From assembly GCA_027336365.1 (NCBI GenBank), contig DAHWFY010000002.1, positions 1 to 51,153 of the forward strand: a DNA stretch of 51,153 nt, read 5' to 3'. Shown piece by piece: positions 1-8,882 of this stretch. The position numbers were made by a program, and so were the translations under genes. The stretch's first letter is position 1. Each line of letters starts with the position of its first letter. Below the pieces are notes generated by a model. That model did no database searches and had not been told where the DNA came from. It saw only the letters and a program-made list of their open reading frames with translations. This DNA is from Bacillota bacterium. Lineage in GTDB: Bacteria > Bacillota > Bacilli > Alicyclobacillales > Alicyclobacillaceae.

Positions 1-79
1 GTGTAAATACCAAAGATTCGCCTGACGGCGAGCGCCTTATATCCCTATAGCTAAAGCAAGGGGTTTTACGGCGCGTTGG
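1..79 (-). mobile_element. Probable left end of an IS200/IS605-family element extending out of the window
   Basis: Minus strand reads TTTAT|CCAACGCGCCGTAAAACCCCTTGCTTTAGCTATAGGGATATAAGGCG: an AT-rich target-like motif followed by an imperfect subterminal hairpin, resembling Firmicutes IS200/IS605 ends as recalled. No transposase is in the window. Confidence 0.6.
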
Positions 80-111
80 ATAAATAAAACCGCCACACAA
101 AGGCGACGGTT
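80..111 (-). terminator. Intrinsic terminator downstream of the DEAD-box helicase gene
   Basis: Minus strand AACCGTCGC-ctttgt-GTGGCGGTT stem (G-U pairs allowed) followed by TTATTTAT. Confidence 0.6.
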
Positions 112-127
112 AAACATCCTTATCCCC

Positions 128-269
128 CTATCCCAGTAAATACAATAACGTGGATTTACCTTCCCTGCTGGTGCCGCTAACAGCGGCATGAGGGTCTATC
201 CCAGTAAATACAAGTTTGTGGATTTACCTTCCCTGCTGGTGCCGCTATCAGCGGCATGACGGTCTATCC
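128..269 (+). repeat. Family A repeat, head-to-tail dimer (128-195, 196-263) closed by CTATCC
   Basis: Two 68-bp units, 62/68 identical: CTATCCCA-GTAAATACA-N6-TGGATTTAC-CTTCCCTGCTGG-TGCCGCT-AWC-AGCGGCA-TGASGGT. Confidence 0.95.
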
Positions 270-325
270 TGAACATGTAACTCTGCTCTCAGTTGTTCTC
301 AGTGGTAAACTTGCTCTGACATCAC

Positions 326-1924
326 TCAGCGCGTGCGGTTGCGCGCCTGCGGTTGTGAGCGTGGTTTGGCCGGTTCCATATTTAAGCGCGCCCCGTTGAA
401 ACGGCTTTGTCGCAAGGCTTCGTAAACAAAAGGTGCCGATTCTTGTTCTATTTCAACAAAAGTAAAACGGTCGAAGATGTCGATTTTCCCCACAGCCTGT
501 CCGGGAATTCCAGCCTCCTCAGCAATCATTCGGACCACATCCGCAGGACCAATTTTTGCGCTGCGCCCAATGTTCACAAAAAACCGAACCATGCCGGGAG
601 TCGCGCCTGTGTCCCCAAAATCATAGTCTTTCTCGTCTTTATCCTCCAGTTCACCGGCAGATGAAAGCTTCAATGCCGCACAAGCCACATCAATGGGGTC
701 ATATTCATCCACAATGCTGCCTAAAATTGCTCGATAGTGACCTAACCCACCCTCTTGAATGGTTGCAATCAAACGATCTCGCCAAATCTCTGCCTGCCTT
801 TCTGCGACATCAGCCAGAGACGGAACTTCTTTTCCCTCCATCCTTGTTTTGGTTTCCCGTTCTATTTGCTTGAGTAACTTAAATTCCCGCGGGGTAACCA
901 AGGTAATGGCCAATCCTCGCTTGCCCGCCCGACCTGTGCGGCCAATTCGATGCACATAGGACTCCGGGTCTTGGGGAATGTCATAGTTAATGACGTGGGT
1001 TATATTTTCCACATCAAGACCTCTGGCTGCCACGTCCGTTGCCACCAGCAGTTCCACTTCCCCTGTACGGAATTTCTTCATCACTCGGTCTCGCTGGGCC
1101 TGGCTCAAGTCTCCGTGCAAGCCATCCACAAGATATCCCCGAGCCAAAAGAGCCTCCACTAATTCATCCACCCCACGTTTGGTCCGGCAAAAAATGATAC
1201 CCAGTTGTACCTCTTCACTGTCTACTACTCGGCATAGACTGTCTAATTTGTTTCGTTCCAAAACCTTGTAGTACACCTGATCCGTCAGTGGAACCGTAAG
1301 TTCACCCCGATTGACCGTGACATGCTGCGGATTATGCAAGTAACGGGTGGCCAAGCGACGGACCTCGTCGGGAAAAGTTGCCGAAAACAGCATCGTCTGC
1401 CGTTCACTGGGTGTGTGACTGAGAATAGACTCAATGTCCTCGATAAATCCCATATCCAGCATCTCGTCCGCCTCATCCAAGACCACTGCCCGCACTGCAC
1501 CCAGTTTCAGTGTTCCTCGCCGAATATGGTCCAACACTCGCCCAGGTGTTCCAATGACAATCTGCACGCCTTGTTGTAACGCCCGGATCTGATGTCCGAT
1601 GGACTGTCCTCCGTAAATCGGCAAGGTATGCACCCGTTTGTATTTACCTATTTTCCTAAATTCACCAGCCACCTGAATTGCCAATTCTCGCGTAGGAGCC
1701 AACACCAATGCCTGTACTTTGTGGTCTGAAGACACCTGTTCTGCCAACGGAAGACCAAAGGCCGCCGTTTTTCCTGTACCTGTCTGGGCCTGCCCAATCA
1801 CATCTTTACCTTCTAAGATGAGTGGAATACATGCTGCTTGAATTGGCGACGGTTCCTCGTATCCCATATCATCGATAGCCTGTTGAATCCGTCTACTTAA
1901 CTGAAAATCTTCAAAAGTACTCAT
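326..1924 (-). CDS. DEAD-box ATP-dependent RNA helicase with C-terminal DbpA-type RNA-binding domain (CshA/DeaD-like)
   Basis: Q motif, AQTGTGKT, PTRELA, DEAD, SAT and HRIGRTGR motifs; ATG at 1924 preceded by AAAGGTGAG. Confidence 0.93.
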   Translation of the reverse strand: MSTFEDFQLSRRIQQAIDDMGYEEPSPIQAACIPLILEGKDVIGQAQTGTGKTAAFGLPLAEQVSSDHKVQALVLAPTRELAIQVAGEFRKIGKYKRVHTLPIYGGQSIGHQIRALQQGVQIVIGTPGRVLDHIRRGTLKLGAVRAVVLDEADEMLDMGFIEDIESILSHTPSERQTMLFSATFPDEVRRLATRYLHNPQHVTVNRGELTVPLTDQVYYKVLERNKLDSLCRVVDSEEVQLGIIFCRTKRGVDELVEALLARGYLVDGLHGDLSQAQRDRVMKKFRTGEVELLVATDVAARGLDVENITHVINYDIPQDPESYVHRIGRTGRAGKRGLAITLVTPREFKLLKQIERETKTRMEGKEVPSLADVAERQAEIWRDRLIATIQEGGLGHYRAILGSIVDEYDPIDVACAALKLSSAGELEDKDEKDYDFGDTGATPGMVRFFVNIGRSAKIGPADVVRMIAEEAGIPGQAVGKIDIFDRFTFVEIEQESAPFVYEALRQSRFNGARLNMEPAKPRSQPQARNRTR

Positions 1925-1959
1925 AATCTCACCTTTCTCATTGTGGAACCCACACACAC

Positions 1960-3222
1960 TCAGGTCCCGCTGGTTTCCATTTCAAGTCGTGACCACAGTT
2001 GCCACAATAAATACTTAGCCGCCCGAATCCGGACTTGCTCCCGGGAGCCGCTCCAAATTCCCGAAAATGATAAGTCTCCAGCGGAGCTACTGATGGCAAA
2101 CCAAACCAACCCCACCGGTTTATCCGCAGTTCCCCCACCCGGTCCGGCAATCCCTGTGATGGAAATACCATAGCTGGCCCCCAAGAGTTTACGCACACCT
2201 CGCGCCATTTCCAGAGCCACCTGCTCTGAGACGGCCCCCCACCGTTCCAAGCTATCTTGAGAAACTTGCAAAGCTATGGCCTTTGCGGCATTCGCATAAG
2301 AAACAACGCCTCCCAAGAAATAGGCAGAACTTCCAGGAACAGAGGTAATCATAGAGGAAACAAGCCCGCCGGTGCAACTCTCAGCAATGGCTAAGCTGGC
2401 CCCTTGCCTCAACAGACGGCGACCGACCACAGAAGCGAGGGTATCTTCATCCGTGCCATAAATGTACTTGCTAAACAAAGAACGCAAGTATGTTTCAATG
2501 GGTTGAATGAGTCTATGCGCCTCCCTGGCATCCCGGCCATTCGCCGTTATCCGCAACAACATCTCTCCCTCGCCAGCCAGGGGAGCAACCGTCGGATTAC
2601 TGCTGGCCAGCAATTCAGGAATCTGTGCATCCACATCAGATTCACCAATGCCACAGAAATGCAATACACGGGACTCCAGGGAAACATCTAAAGGAAACAA
2701 CTTTTGCAACCTGGGAATGACCTCATTCTTCAACATCGGGGTCATCTCCAGAGGCGGTCCTGGTAGCAGAAAATAGTGTACCCCATCTACACTCACATAC
2801 TGCCCAGGTGCAGTTCCATTTGGATTTTCAATCCATTCACCGCCCTCAATGACCATGGCCTGCCGACGATTGCGTTCAGGAATGGCGCGGCGACGACGGT
2901 GAAAATACCTCTCCACGGTAGCCCAAGCATCCTCCCGAAAGGTCAGTTTCCGCTGCACGAACTGAGCCACAGCATCACGAGTCAAGTCATCCTGAGTCGG
3001 CCCCAATCCTCCGGTTAATATCACCAGATTGGAGCGAACAACAGCATTTTGCAATGCCCCGACAATGCGTTCCAAGTTGTCCCCCACAGCAGTGTGGTAG
3101 TATACATAAAATCCATGGGCAGCCAACTCTTGGGAAATCGTTCTCGCATGCGTGTTGGCAATTTGCCCGAGAAGAATTTCCGTCCCTACGCCAATATGCT
3201 CCGCTTGACAAATCGAGCTCAA
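1960..3222 (-). CDS. cinA: Competence/damage-inducible protein CinA (MoCF-like plus NMN deamidase domain)
   Basis: GTEILLGQIANT, GGLGPTQDDLT, AESCTGG, GAVS and SITGIAGPGGG motifs; follows pgsA. Confidence 0.95.
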   Translation of the reverse strand: MSSICQAEHIGVGTEILLGQIANTHARTISQELAAHGFYVYYHTAVGDNLERIVGALQNAVVRSNLVILTGGLGPTQDDLTRDAVAQFVQRKLTFREDAWATVERYFHRRRRAIPERNRRQAMVIEGGEWIENPNGTAPGQYVSVDGVHYFLLPGPPLEMTPMLKNEVIPRLQKLFPLDVSLESRVLHFCGIGESDVDAQIPELLASSNPTVAPLAGEGEMLLRITANGRDAREAHRLIQPIETYLRSLFSKYIYGTDEDTLASVVGRRLLRQGASLAIAESCTGGLVSSMITSVPGSSAYFLGGVVSYANAAKAIALQVSQDSLERWGAVSEQVALEMARGVRKLLGASYGISITGIAGPGGGTADKPVGLVWFAISSSAGDLSFSGIWSGSREQVRIRAAKYLLWQLWSRLEMETSGT

Positions 3223-3267
3223 TCCATCCCCCTCAATTCATCCCGACGATTCCCCAATTCTCCCATA

Positions 3268-3849
3268 TCATTCCTGAATCACTTCTTTATTCTTAACGAA
3301 ATAGTCGATTCCCGACCATACGGTAATCACCACCATCACATATACAGCTAACTGGTCGAGAGGAAAGTGAATCAGAGAAAAGGGAAAATTGTTCAGCATC
3401 AGCGCCACCATGGTCACAATTTGCACGGCGGTCTTCCACTTCGCCATGCGGCTGGCCGCAATGACCAGACCTTCCACGGCAGCCACCAAACGCAATCCGG
3501 TCACGGCAAACTCCCGACTGATAATGAGAATTGCAACCCAAGCGGAAAGACGTTGCATTTCCACAAGACTAATCAGGACTGCAGAAATAAGCAATTTATC
3601 GGCAATGGGATCCAAAAACTTGCCAAAGTTGGTGACCAGTTGTCGTTTTCGAGCAATGTATCCATCCAGTCCGTCTGTGCTCGCGGCCAAAATGAACACC
3701 AGAGCAGCAATCATTTCACTGCCAGTTGTGGTACGGTGATTGATGGTCACTGTCCAAAAATCGTAGCGAATCAACAACAAAAAGGTCACAACGGGCACCA
3801 AAAAGATTCTGGCTAGCGTAATCCGGTTAGCCAGATTCACCCATTCCAC
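3268..3849 (-). CDS. pgsA: CDP-diacylglycerol--glycerol-3-phosphate 3-phosphatidyltransferase
   Basis: NxITLARI and DGLDGYIARK...GKFLDPIADK CDP-alcohol phosphotransferase motif. Start could be the GTG at 3840. Confidence 0.95.
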   Translation of the reverse strand: MEWVNLANRITLARIFLVPVVTFLLLIRYDFWTVTINHRTTTGSEMIAALVFILAASTDGLDGYIARKRQLVTNFGKFLDPIADKLLISAVLISLVEMQRLSAWVAILIISREFAVTGLRLVAAVEGLVIAASRMAKWKTAVQIVTMVALMLNNFPFSLIHFPLDQLAVYVMVVITVWSGIDYFVKNKEVIQE

Positions 3850-3976
3850 TCCCCATTCCCAACAAATTGCAGTGATTGTTCATCCCAGACCGCACGCCAC
3901 CTGTGGGTTCTACTAGTATAATCGTTTCAGTAAAAGCCTGTAAAGGCGCTGGCAAATATCGAATCTCCACGCGAAC

Positions 3977-4471
3977 CTACGATCGATAATTAGCAAATTG
4001 CAAAGGAATAGGCAAATCCATTTGCTCAAGTAACTGAATGACAGCTTGTAAGTCGTCTTTGCTCTTCCCGCTGACTCGCACCTGGTCTCCTTGAATGGAA
4101 GCCTGTACCTTCAACTTGGAATCTCTTACGGCTTTGGTAATCACCCTGGCCGTCTCTTGGTCAATTCCTTGCTGCAGAGAAATTCGTTGTCGCACGGTAC
4201 CTCCCGTTGCCGATTCCGTTTTTCCTCTTTTCATGGCCTTGAGAGACACCCCGCGTTTAACAAGTTTCGATTCCAAAACATCCGTCAAGGCAGACAACTT
4301 GTAGTCGTCGTCTGCCCACAACACCAGTTCAGTGTCATCGAAATCTATTTTGCACTTCGTCCCTTTAAAGTCAAAACGAGTCTGGATCTCCTTACGTGCC
4401 TGCCCCACCGCATTGCTCACCTCTTGCATATCCACTTCCGAAATCACGTCGAAAGACGCCTCTTTAGCCAT
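3977..4471 (-). CDS. yajQ: YajQ family nucleotide/c-di-GMP-binding protein
   Basis: SFDVISEVDMQEV...RFDFKG...KVQASIQGDQVRVSGKSKDDLQ; ATG at 4471 with GAGGTG RBS (164 aa). Confidence 0.93.
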   Translation of the reverse strand: MAKEASFDVISEVDMQEVSNAVGQARKEIQTRFDFKGTKCKIDFDDTELVLWADDDYKLSALTDVLESKLVKRGVSLKAMKRGKTESATGGTVRQRISLQQGIDQETARVITKAVRDSKLKVQASIQGDQVRVSGKSKDDLQAVIQLLEQMDLPIPLQFANYRS

Positions 4472-4518
4472 GTGCAATCCCACCTCTTGTAACATCCCAG
4501 AAACTCCTGAAATCATTG

Positions 4519-5541
4519 TCAGGACTGAGTCTTTTGGAACACTACGGTCATCACTCCAGAACCCGTTTGAGGCAATTGCACCAATTGTCCGTTGACGCTC
4601 ATGGTCACCACAGGTGCATTGCCCATATACACTTGCAGGGACCGCTGTGCTGACCAAGTTCTCGACTGCCCTTGGGCCACCGTGTCATTCCCGTCGATGA
4701 CTTGACCATCTGCCGTTACTTTCAGCCAACACGTCCCTTTATCGGCGTTTAACACCACGGACAAAGGTTGACTGCTAGAAACATCAAATACCTGAGTTCC
4801 ATTCTGAAAGGGCAACGCTGTTACTTTAACCGCCGAGGCAAGGTTCCCCCCACTGGTATTGGCGGCGGAATTATTGACTGAGTTGGTGCCGTTGCCCACG
4901 ACATTGCCCGTTGGCCGAGTGGAAGAAAGGCCATTTCCAGAAGCTTTATTCGTCGTGGACACCCCTTGATTTCCCACAACTCCATTGGGCGGGCCAGAAA
5001 CCGCTCTGCTGTTTCCATGGTAACTCAGTAACCACCAAGCACCACCCAGCACGGCAAGGGCTAAAGCCACCGCTCCAGCTTGCCCTAACAGACCCCTACC
5101 TCCGCGTCTGGACCTAGTGGGTCGAGCCATGCTGGTTCCCCGTTTTGAACGAGCACCCAACGGATGGGTTGGCTCTCGCTGCTCTCGATTCCGAGAAACC
5201 ATGTCCACTCCAGGAAGTGTGGATGGCGAAGGGGATGGAGAGGATGAAGGGGATATTGGCGGTGCGCTGGACACCCCATGAAGCGGGTCTGCAGACGGCT
5301 CCAGCGAAACGGCCTTGTCAACGTACTCTGCAAGTAACCGTCCTCCATCCAGCCCCAGATACTCGGCGTAACTGCGTACAAAGCCCCGAGCATAAACCTC
5401 GCCCGGTAATACGGACCAGTTACCCATTTCCAGGGCCTCTAAATAGCGTTTACGAATCTTCGTTTGATTTTCAACGTCCTCCAAAGTCATTCCAAGACGT
5501 TCCCGCTGATTCTGCAATGCTTTCCCTAATTCATCCAACAT
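4519..5541 (-). CDS. rodZ: RodZ/YmfM-type membrane protein (HTH, TM helix, DUF4115-like C-terminal domain)
   Basis: TKIRKRYLEALEMG..LPGEVYARGFVRSYAEYLGLD HTH; one TM helix; CWLKVTADG...GNA C-terminal domain; synteny with pgsA. Confidence 0.88.
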   Translation of the reverse strand: MLDELGKALQNQRERLGMTLEDVENQTKIRKRYLEALEMGNWSVLPGEVYARGFVRSYAEYLGLDGGRLLAEYVDKAVSLEPSADPLHGVSSAPPISPSSSPSPSPSTLPGVDMVSRNREQREPTHPLGARSKRGTSMARPTRSRRGGRGLLGQAGAVALALAVLGGAWWLLSYHGNSRAVSGPPNGVVGNQGVSTTNKASGNGLSSTRPTGNVVGNGTNSVNNSAANTSGGNLASAVKVTALPFQNGTQVFDVSSSQPLSVVLNADKGTCWLKVTADGQVIDGNDTVAQGQSRTWSAQRSLQVYMGNAPVVTMSVNGQLVQLPQTGSGVMTVVFQKTQS

Positions 5542-5626
5542 TATATCCCCTCCGAGCTAGCGGCAACTTTCCGGTAAAGCCACAAAATCGCCAGGACTCT
5601 CGTAGGCTGATCCTTGCTCTTGAGCA

Positions 5627-6433
5627 TTATTCTCCATTCCAACGCGAAGCCTCTTGCTCATACACTTCATATTGGATGGCCTCACCCGGATTGCGGCGAA
5701 GCTCAATCAGCAGGTCAAAAGCAGACCATCCGTAATGTGAATGTCGCACAAAGATGTCCGGATGTTCAATGACGATGGGAGCCGGAAGAGCCATTACCTC
5801 ATCCAGCAGGCTGAGATGCCGCTCGTCTCCCCGCAGTGTGGACACTGCCCCATCTATGATATAGACAAAGTTATCCGAAGACAATTCGTCCTCCGGTAGT
5901 TCACGCATGATGGTTTGTTTGAGCAAGGTGGACGAAACAAATGTCCAGCGTTTGTTGGCATACACGCTGGCCGCGACAATGGACTCGGTCTTGCCAACCC
6001 TTGGCTGCCCTCTGACACCAATCACCTGATGACCTGGACGCTTTAACAACTCGCCCAAGAAATCCACCAGAATTCCAAGTTCGTCTCGAACAAACCGATA
6101 TGTACGGGTCTCTGTATCACTGCGTTCAATGAAGCGTCCATGGCGAACCGCAATTCGATCTCTCAGTGAGGGTTTGCGCAAAGCCGTCAGTTCTATCTCC
6201 GGCATGGCCTCAATCATCCGACGCAGCACTTGTACGCTGTCTGGGCGCTGAGTTAACAATAGGAAACCGCGGCCTTCCTCTGAAACCCCTCCCAGTTGCA
6301 TGATGTTCAGCCCGAGCATGCCCAGCAAAGAAGCCACGTCTCCCAACAGTCCTGGTCGGTCGCGAATAATTTTATACTGGAAATAGATTTCCACAGGTTC
6401 TCCCGCTTCACCTGCTGTCCATGATTCACTCAC
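5627..6433 (-). CDS. ymfK: YmfK-like ACT-domain protein (DUF3388)
   Basis: YKIIRDRPGLLGDVASLLGML, RDELGILVDF and GQPRVGKTESIVAASVYANKRW motifs; GTG start at 6433 inferred. Confidence 0.85.
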   Translation of the reverse strand: MSESWTAGEAGEPVEIYFQYKIIRDRPGLLGDVASLLGMLGLNIMQLGGVSEEGRGFLLLTQRPDSVQVLRRMIEAMPEIELTALRKPSLRDRIAVRHGRFIERSDTETRTYRFVRDELGILVDFLGELLKRPGHQVIGVRGQPRVGKTESIVAASVYANKRWTFVSSTLLKQTIMRELPEDELSSDNFVYIIDGAVSTLRGDERHLSLLDEVMALPAPIVIEHPDIFVRHSHYGWSAFDLLIELRRNPGEAIQYEVYEQEASRWNGE

Positions 6434-6476
6434 GCCATCACATCCATTTTGGTCAAATAGCCATCCTTGACTTGTT

Positions 6477-7766
6477 TTACGATGTCGGTGCATTGACCCA
6501 CAAAAACTGCCAAGCAGTGCGCTGGGCCGCAGGAACAGTCATCCATGCTACCGAGAAGTGAACAGGATGAGTTTGTAAATCTGTCTCTAAATGAGCTAAC
6601 TCAGTCTGTAGACTCTGACTCACCGCCGCACCATTCACTGCAATGGTAGGTTGCGAACTCTGATGAATGACTCCGCCCTGCCAACTGGATTGCGATTGAC
6701 CAAACTGCTGGAGGAACTGCAGAGCCGTCTGAGGTGAAGGCAACACAGGACCAGCCATCCAACCAGGCCCATGCACGGGTTGAGGACACAACGACACCAA
6801 CAGAGCCCCTGCAGCCTTGACTTGCGCCCATTCCGCAGGTGTCACTACCCTATCCACCACAATCACTCTTTGCGCTCCAGCACCCGTCTGCGGAGATACA
6901 GAAAGGCTCTGAAGCGATGCGAGTTGCACGGGCACTGGATGAACGACAGGTGTCGCAACCCAGCCCCCGACCAAAGCGGATTGAATATCGCCCACGGTCA
7001 CCTGAGGTATTCCTCCTCCTGCCCACCCCAGAAAAACTCCGGTCCCCGCACCGGTAGGTGAAACAGAGGTGGTACCGCCAGGCACCAAATTACCGCTTGC
7101 TTGCCCTGTTAATCCCCCCAGTGGGTTCCCTACTGCATTGGCCAAACCCGCCGATCCGGAGGCCAATCCGGAGGTTGTGTTGGCGCTGGCCAGTGCCCCA
7201 CTGACATTGTTCCCCATTGCAGTCCCTGGGAGTGCTCCAGAAGGCTGAGACCCCAATTGGAAATTTGCGGCGCTCGCCCCCGCCAACCAGCCCAACAAAT
7301 ATGCGGTCATTGTGGAATTAGGCACAACCACTTGGGCGTTTTGAGGTACCGTGCCTGCCTGCATCTGTGATCCTACAAAAAGAAATTTTCGTTGTGGGTA
7401 CTGCTGTGCCAACTGTAAATCCGCGGACGTTACCGGTCCATCTTGTACCAATATAAACAGGGGAGTTTGCGTATTTGCAACTTCTCCCTGTAGAGAACTC
7501 TGCCAATTCACATACGGAACTTGTTTTACCAGAGTTACCACCTGTTCAGCAGCGGCAATGCCCTCCACATGATTAGATGTCCAGCCAGGTATACTTCCCG
7601 CCAAATACACCAGAGCCGACGGTTTGCTGACTTGGGGCCGCATGGCGGATATATCCGGTACCCCACAACCAGAAACGGCTACAGTTACACAACACAGGCA
7701 AGCCAAGATAAACCGACGCCGAACCATCCGTCCAAACCGACTCCTTCCTCCCTGATATTGTACCAC
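6477..7766 (-). CDS. Putative lipoprotein, divergent BMP/periplasmic-binding-like, with a low-complexity insert
   Basis: Basic N-terminus, hydrophobic core and VSG-C lipobox; AQQYPQRKFLFV and AYLLGWLAG resemble BMP family segments. Alternative ATG start at 7727. Confidence 0.6.
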   Translation of the reverse strand: MVQYQGGRSRFGRMVRRRFILACLCCVTVAVSGCGVPDISAMRPQVSKPSALVYLAGSIPGWTSNHVEGIAAAEQVVTLVKQVPYVNWQSSLQGEVANTQTPLFILVQDGPVTSADLQLAQQYPQRKFLFVGSQMQAGTVPQNAQVVVPNSTMTAYLLGWLAGASAANFQLGSQPSGALPGTAMGNNVSGALASANTTSGLASGSAGLANAVGNPLGGLTGQASGNLVPGGTTSVSPTGAGTGVFLGWAGGGIPQVTVGDIQSALVGGWVATPVVHPVPVQLASLQSLSVSPQTGAGAQRVIVVDRVVTPAEWAQVKAAGALLVSLCPQPVHGPGWMAGPVLPSPQTALQFLQQFGQSQSSWQGGVIHQSSQPTIAVNGAAVSQSLQTELAHLETDLQTHPVHFSVAWMTVPAAQRTAWQFLWVNAPTS

Positions 7767-7834
7767 GGATTGACCCTAACTCTTGCGTTTCAGCAATCAA
7801 GTCCACATAATGAAAGGTGAAGAGGTGGATTAGC

Positions 7835-8170
7835 ATGCCAGACAATGATGAAAATCGCCTCTCTTTAGCGAAGGCGATTCATCAACTGAATTTTTATTTG
7901 CACACCTTGGGTGTTCCTTTCTCGGCTACTGATTTATACAAAAAGGCATATGCAAAGCGAGAGTCGGCGCTTGAGGACGTGTGGTTACAAGACATGAGCG
8001 AAATCCCGGAAGTGATGACAGCATTGGATGAACCTTTCACTACGGTAACCATCGTCGAAACGCTGATGCGAGCCGGATACTCCTCAGTCATTCGCGTCCT
8101 CATGCGGGAAATTCGTCATCAAAAAATCACCTATTCCCAAGCCTATATCATGGCAACTCCGCGACACTAA
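7835..8170 (+). CDS. Hypothetical protein (111 aa)
   Basis: Fills the gap between two minus-strand genes without overlap; ATG preceded by GAGGTG; helical protein-like composition. Confidence 0.72.
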   Translation: MPDNDENRLSLAKAIHQLNFYLHTLGVPFSATDLYKKAYAKRESALEDVWLQDMSEIPEVMTALDEPFTTVTIVETLMRAGYSSVIRVLMREIRHQKITYSQAYIMATPRH

Positions 8171-8192
8171 GATACGGGGGTTCTGTGTCCTG

Positions 8193-8789
8193 CTAGTTGG
8201 GACTGCCGCTGACAGCAAACCAGCGGTCTAAGGGGCCCTTTCCTGTCACTTGTGGCTCTGTCTGCAGCTGTGTTACCCACCGCCCTTGTCCAGTGGTGGC
8301 CCCAAGCGACAAGTGCTCAAAAACGTCTCGTCCCAGACCCGCTCCCCCCACAATCTGATTTCCGTTCATGAAGTATAATTGGGCACTTTGTACAGGCGGT
8401 GGGGCCGCATACACCGCGCGAAAAAACTCGCCCGCTAGCTGACGCATCTGGATTTCGTTGGAAGGACCTCCGGAATAATCCACGGCTATCGAGACAGACA
8501 CCGCATAACCGTTCCCGGACTCCGTTGAGGATACCACCAACTCATTGACTCCTTTCACCTTGCCCACAGCATTTGCGATTTCAGAGAGCGCCCTATTGGA
8601 AGGGGTGCCCGTGGTATGTCCATGAGCCAGTTTTGCTCCTCTGCCGCTCTGCACCTGACCAGCGGTGGTCAGAGTTCTTTGCACAGGTGTCAAGGGATGG
8701 AGTATCACCAACACAGCTACATACACCAGAACAAGTGCAGATACACTCCACCCCAGGGCAGAAAATTTCAATTCATTGAATCTCTCCAC
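8193..8789 (-). CDS. Hypothetical N-terminally membrane-anchored protein (~198 aa)
   Basis: GTG at 8789 with AGGAGG 9 nt upstream; hydrophobic segment ALGWSVSALVLVYVAVLVIL. Confidence 0.72.
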   Translation of the reverse strand: MERFNELKFSALGWSVSALVLVYVAVLVILHPLTPVQRTLTTAGQVQSGRGAKLAHGHTTGTPSNRALSEIANAVGKVKGVNELVVSSTESGNGYAVSVSIAVDYSGGPSNEIQMRQLAGEFFRAVYAAPPPVQSAQLYFMNGNQIVGGAGLGRDVFEHLSLGATTGQGRWVTQLQTEPQVTGKGPLDRWFAVSGSPN

Positions 8790-8882
8790 CCGGCATACCC
8801 TCCTGACTTGTCCACTCCTATCGTATGCCGGGAAAACGTCAACCATGCCGCAGGAGAACCATCGCCGCAAGGAAATCTCTGC

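Noticed and set aside
128-269. Tandem repeat as a mini CRISPR array
   Set aside because: The units are 68 bp and contiguous with no unique spacers, there are no cas genes, and the same unit is dispersed singly elsewhere.
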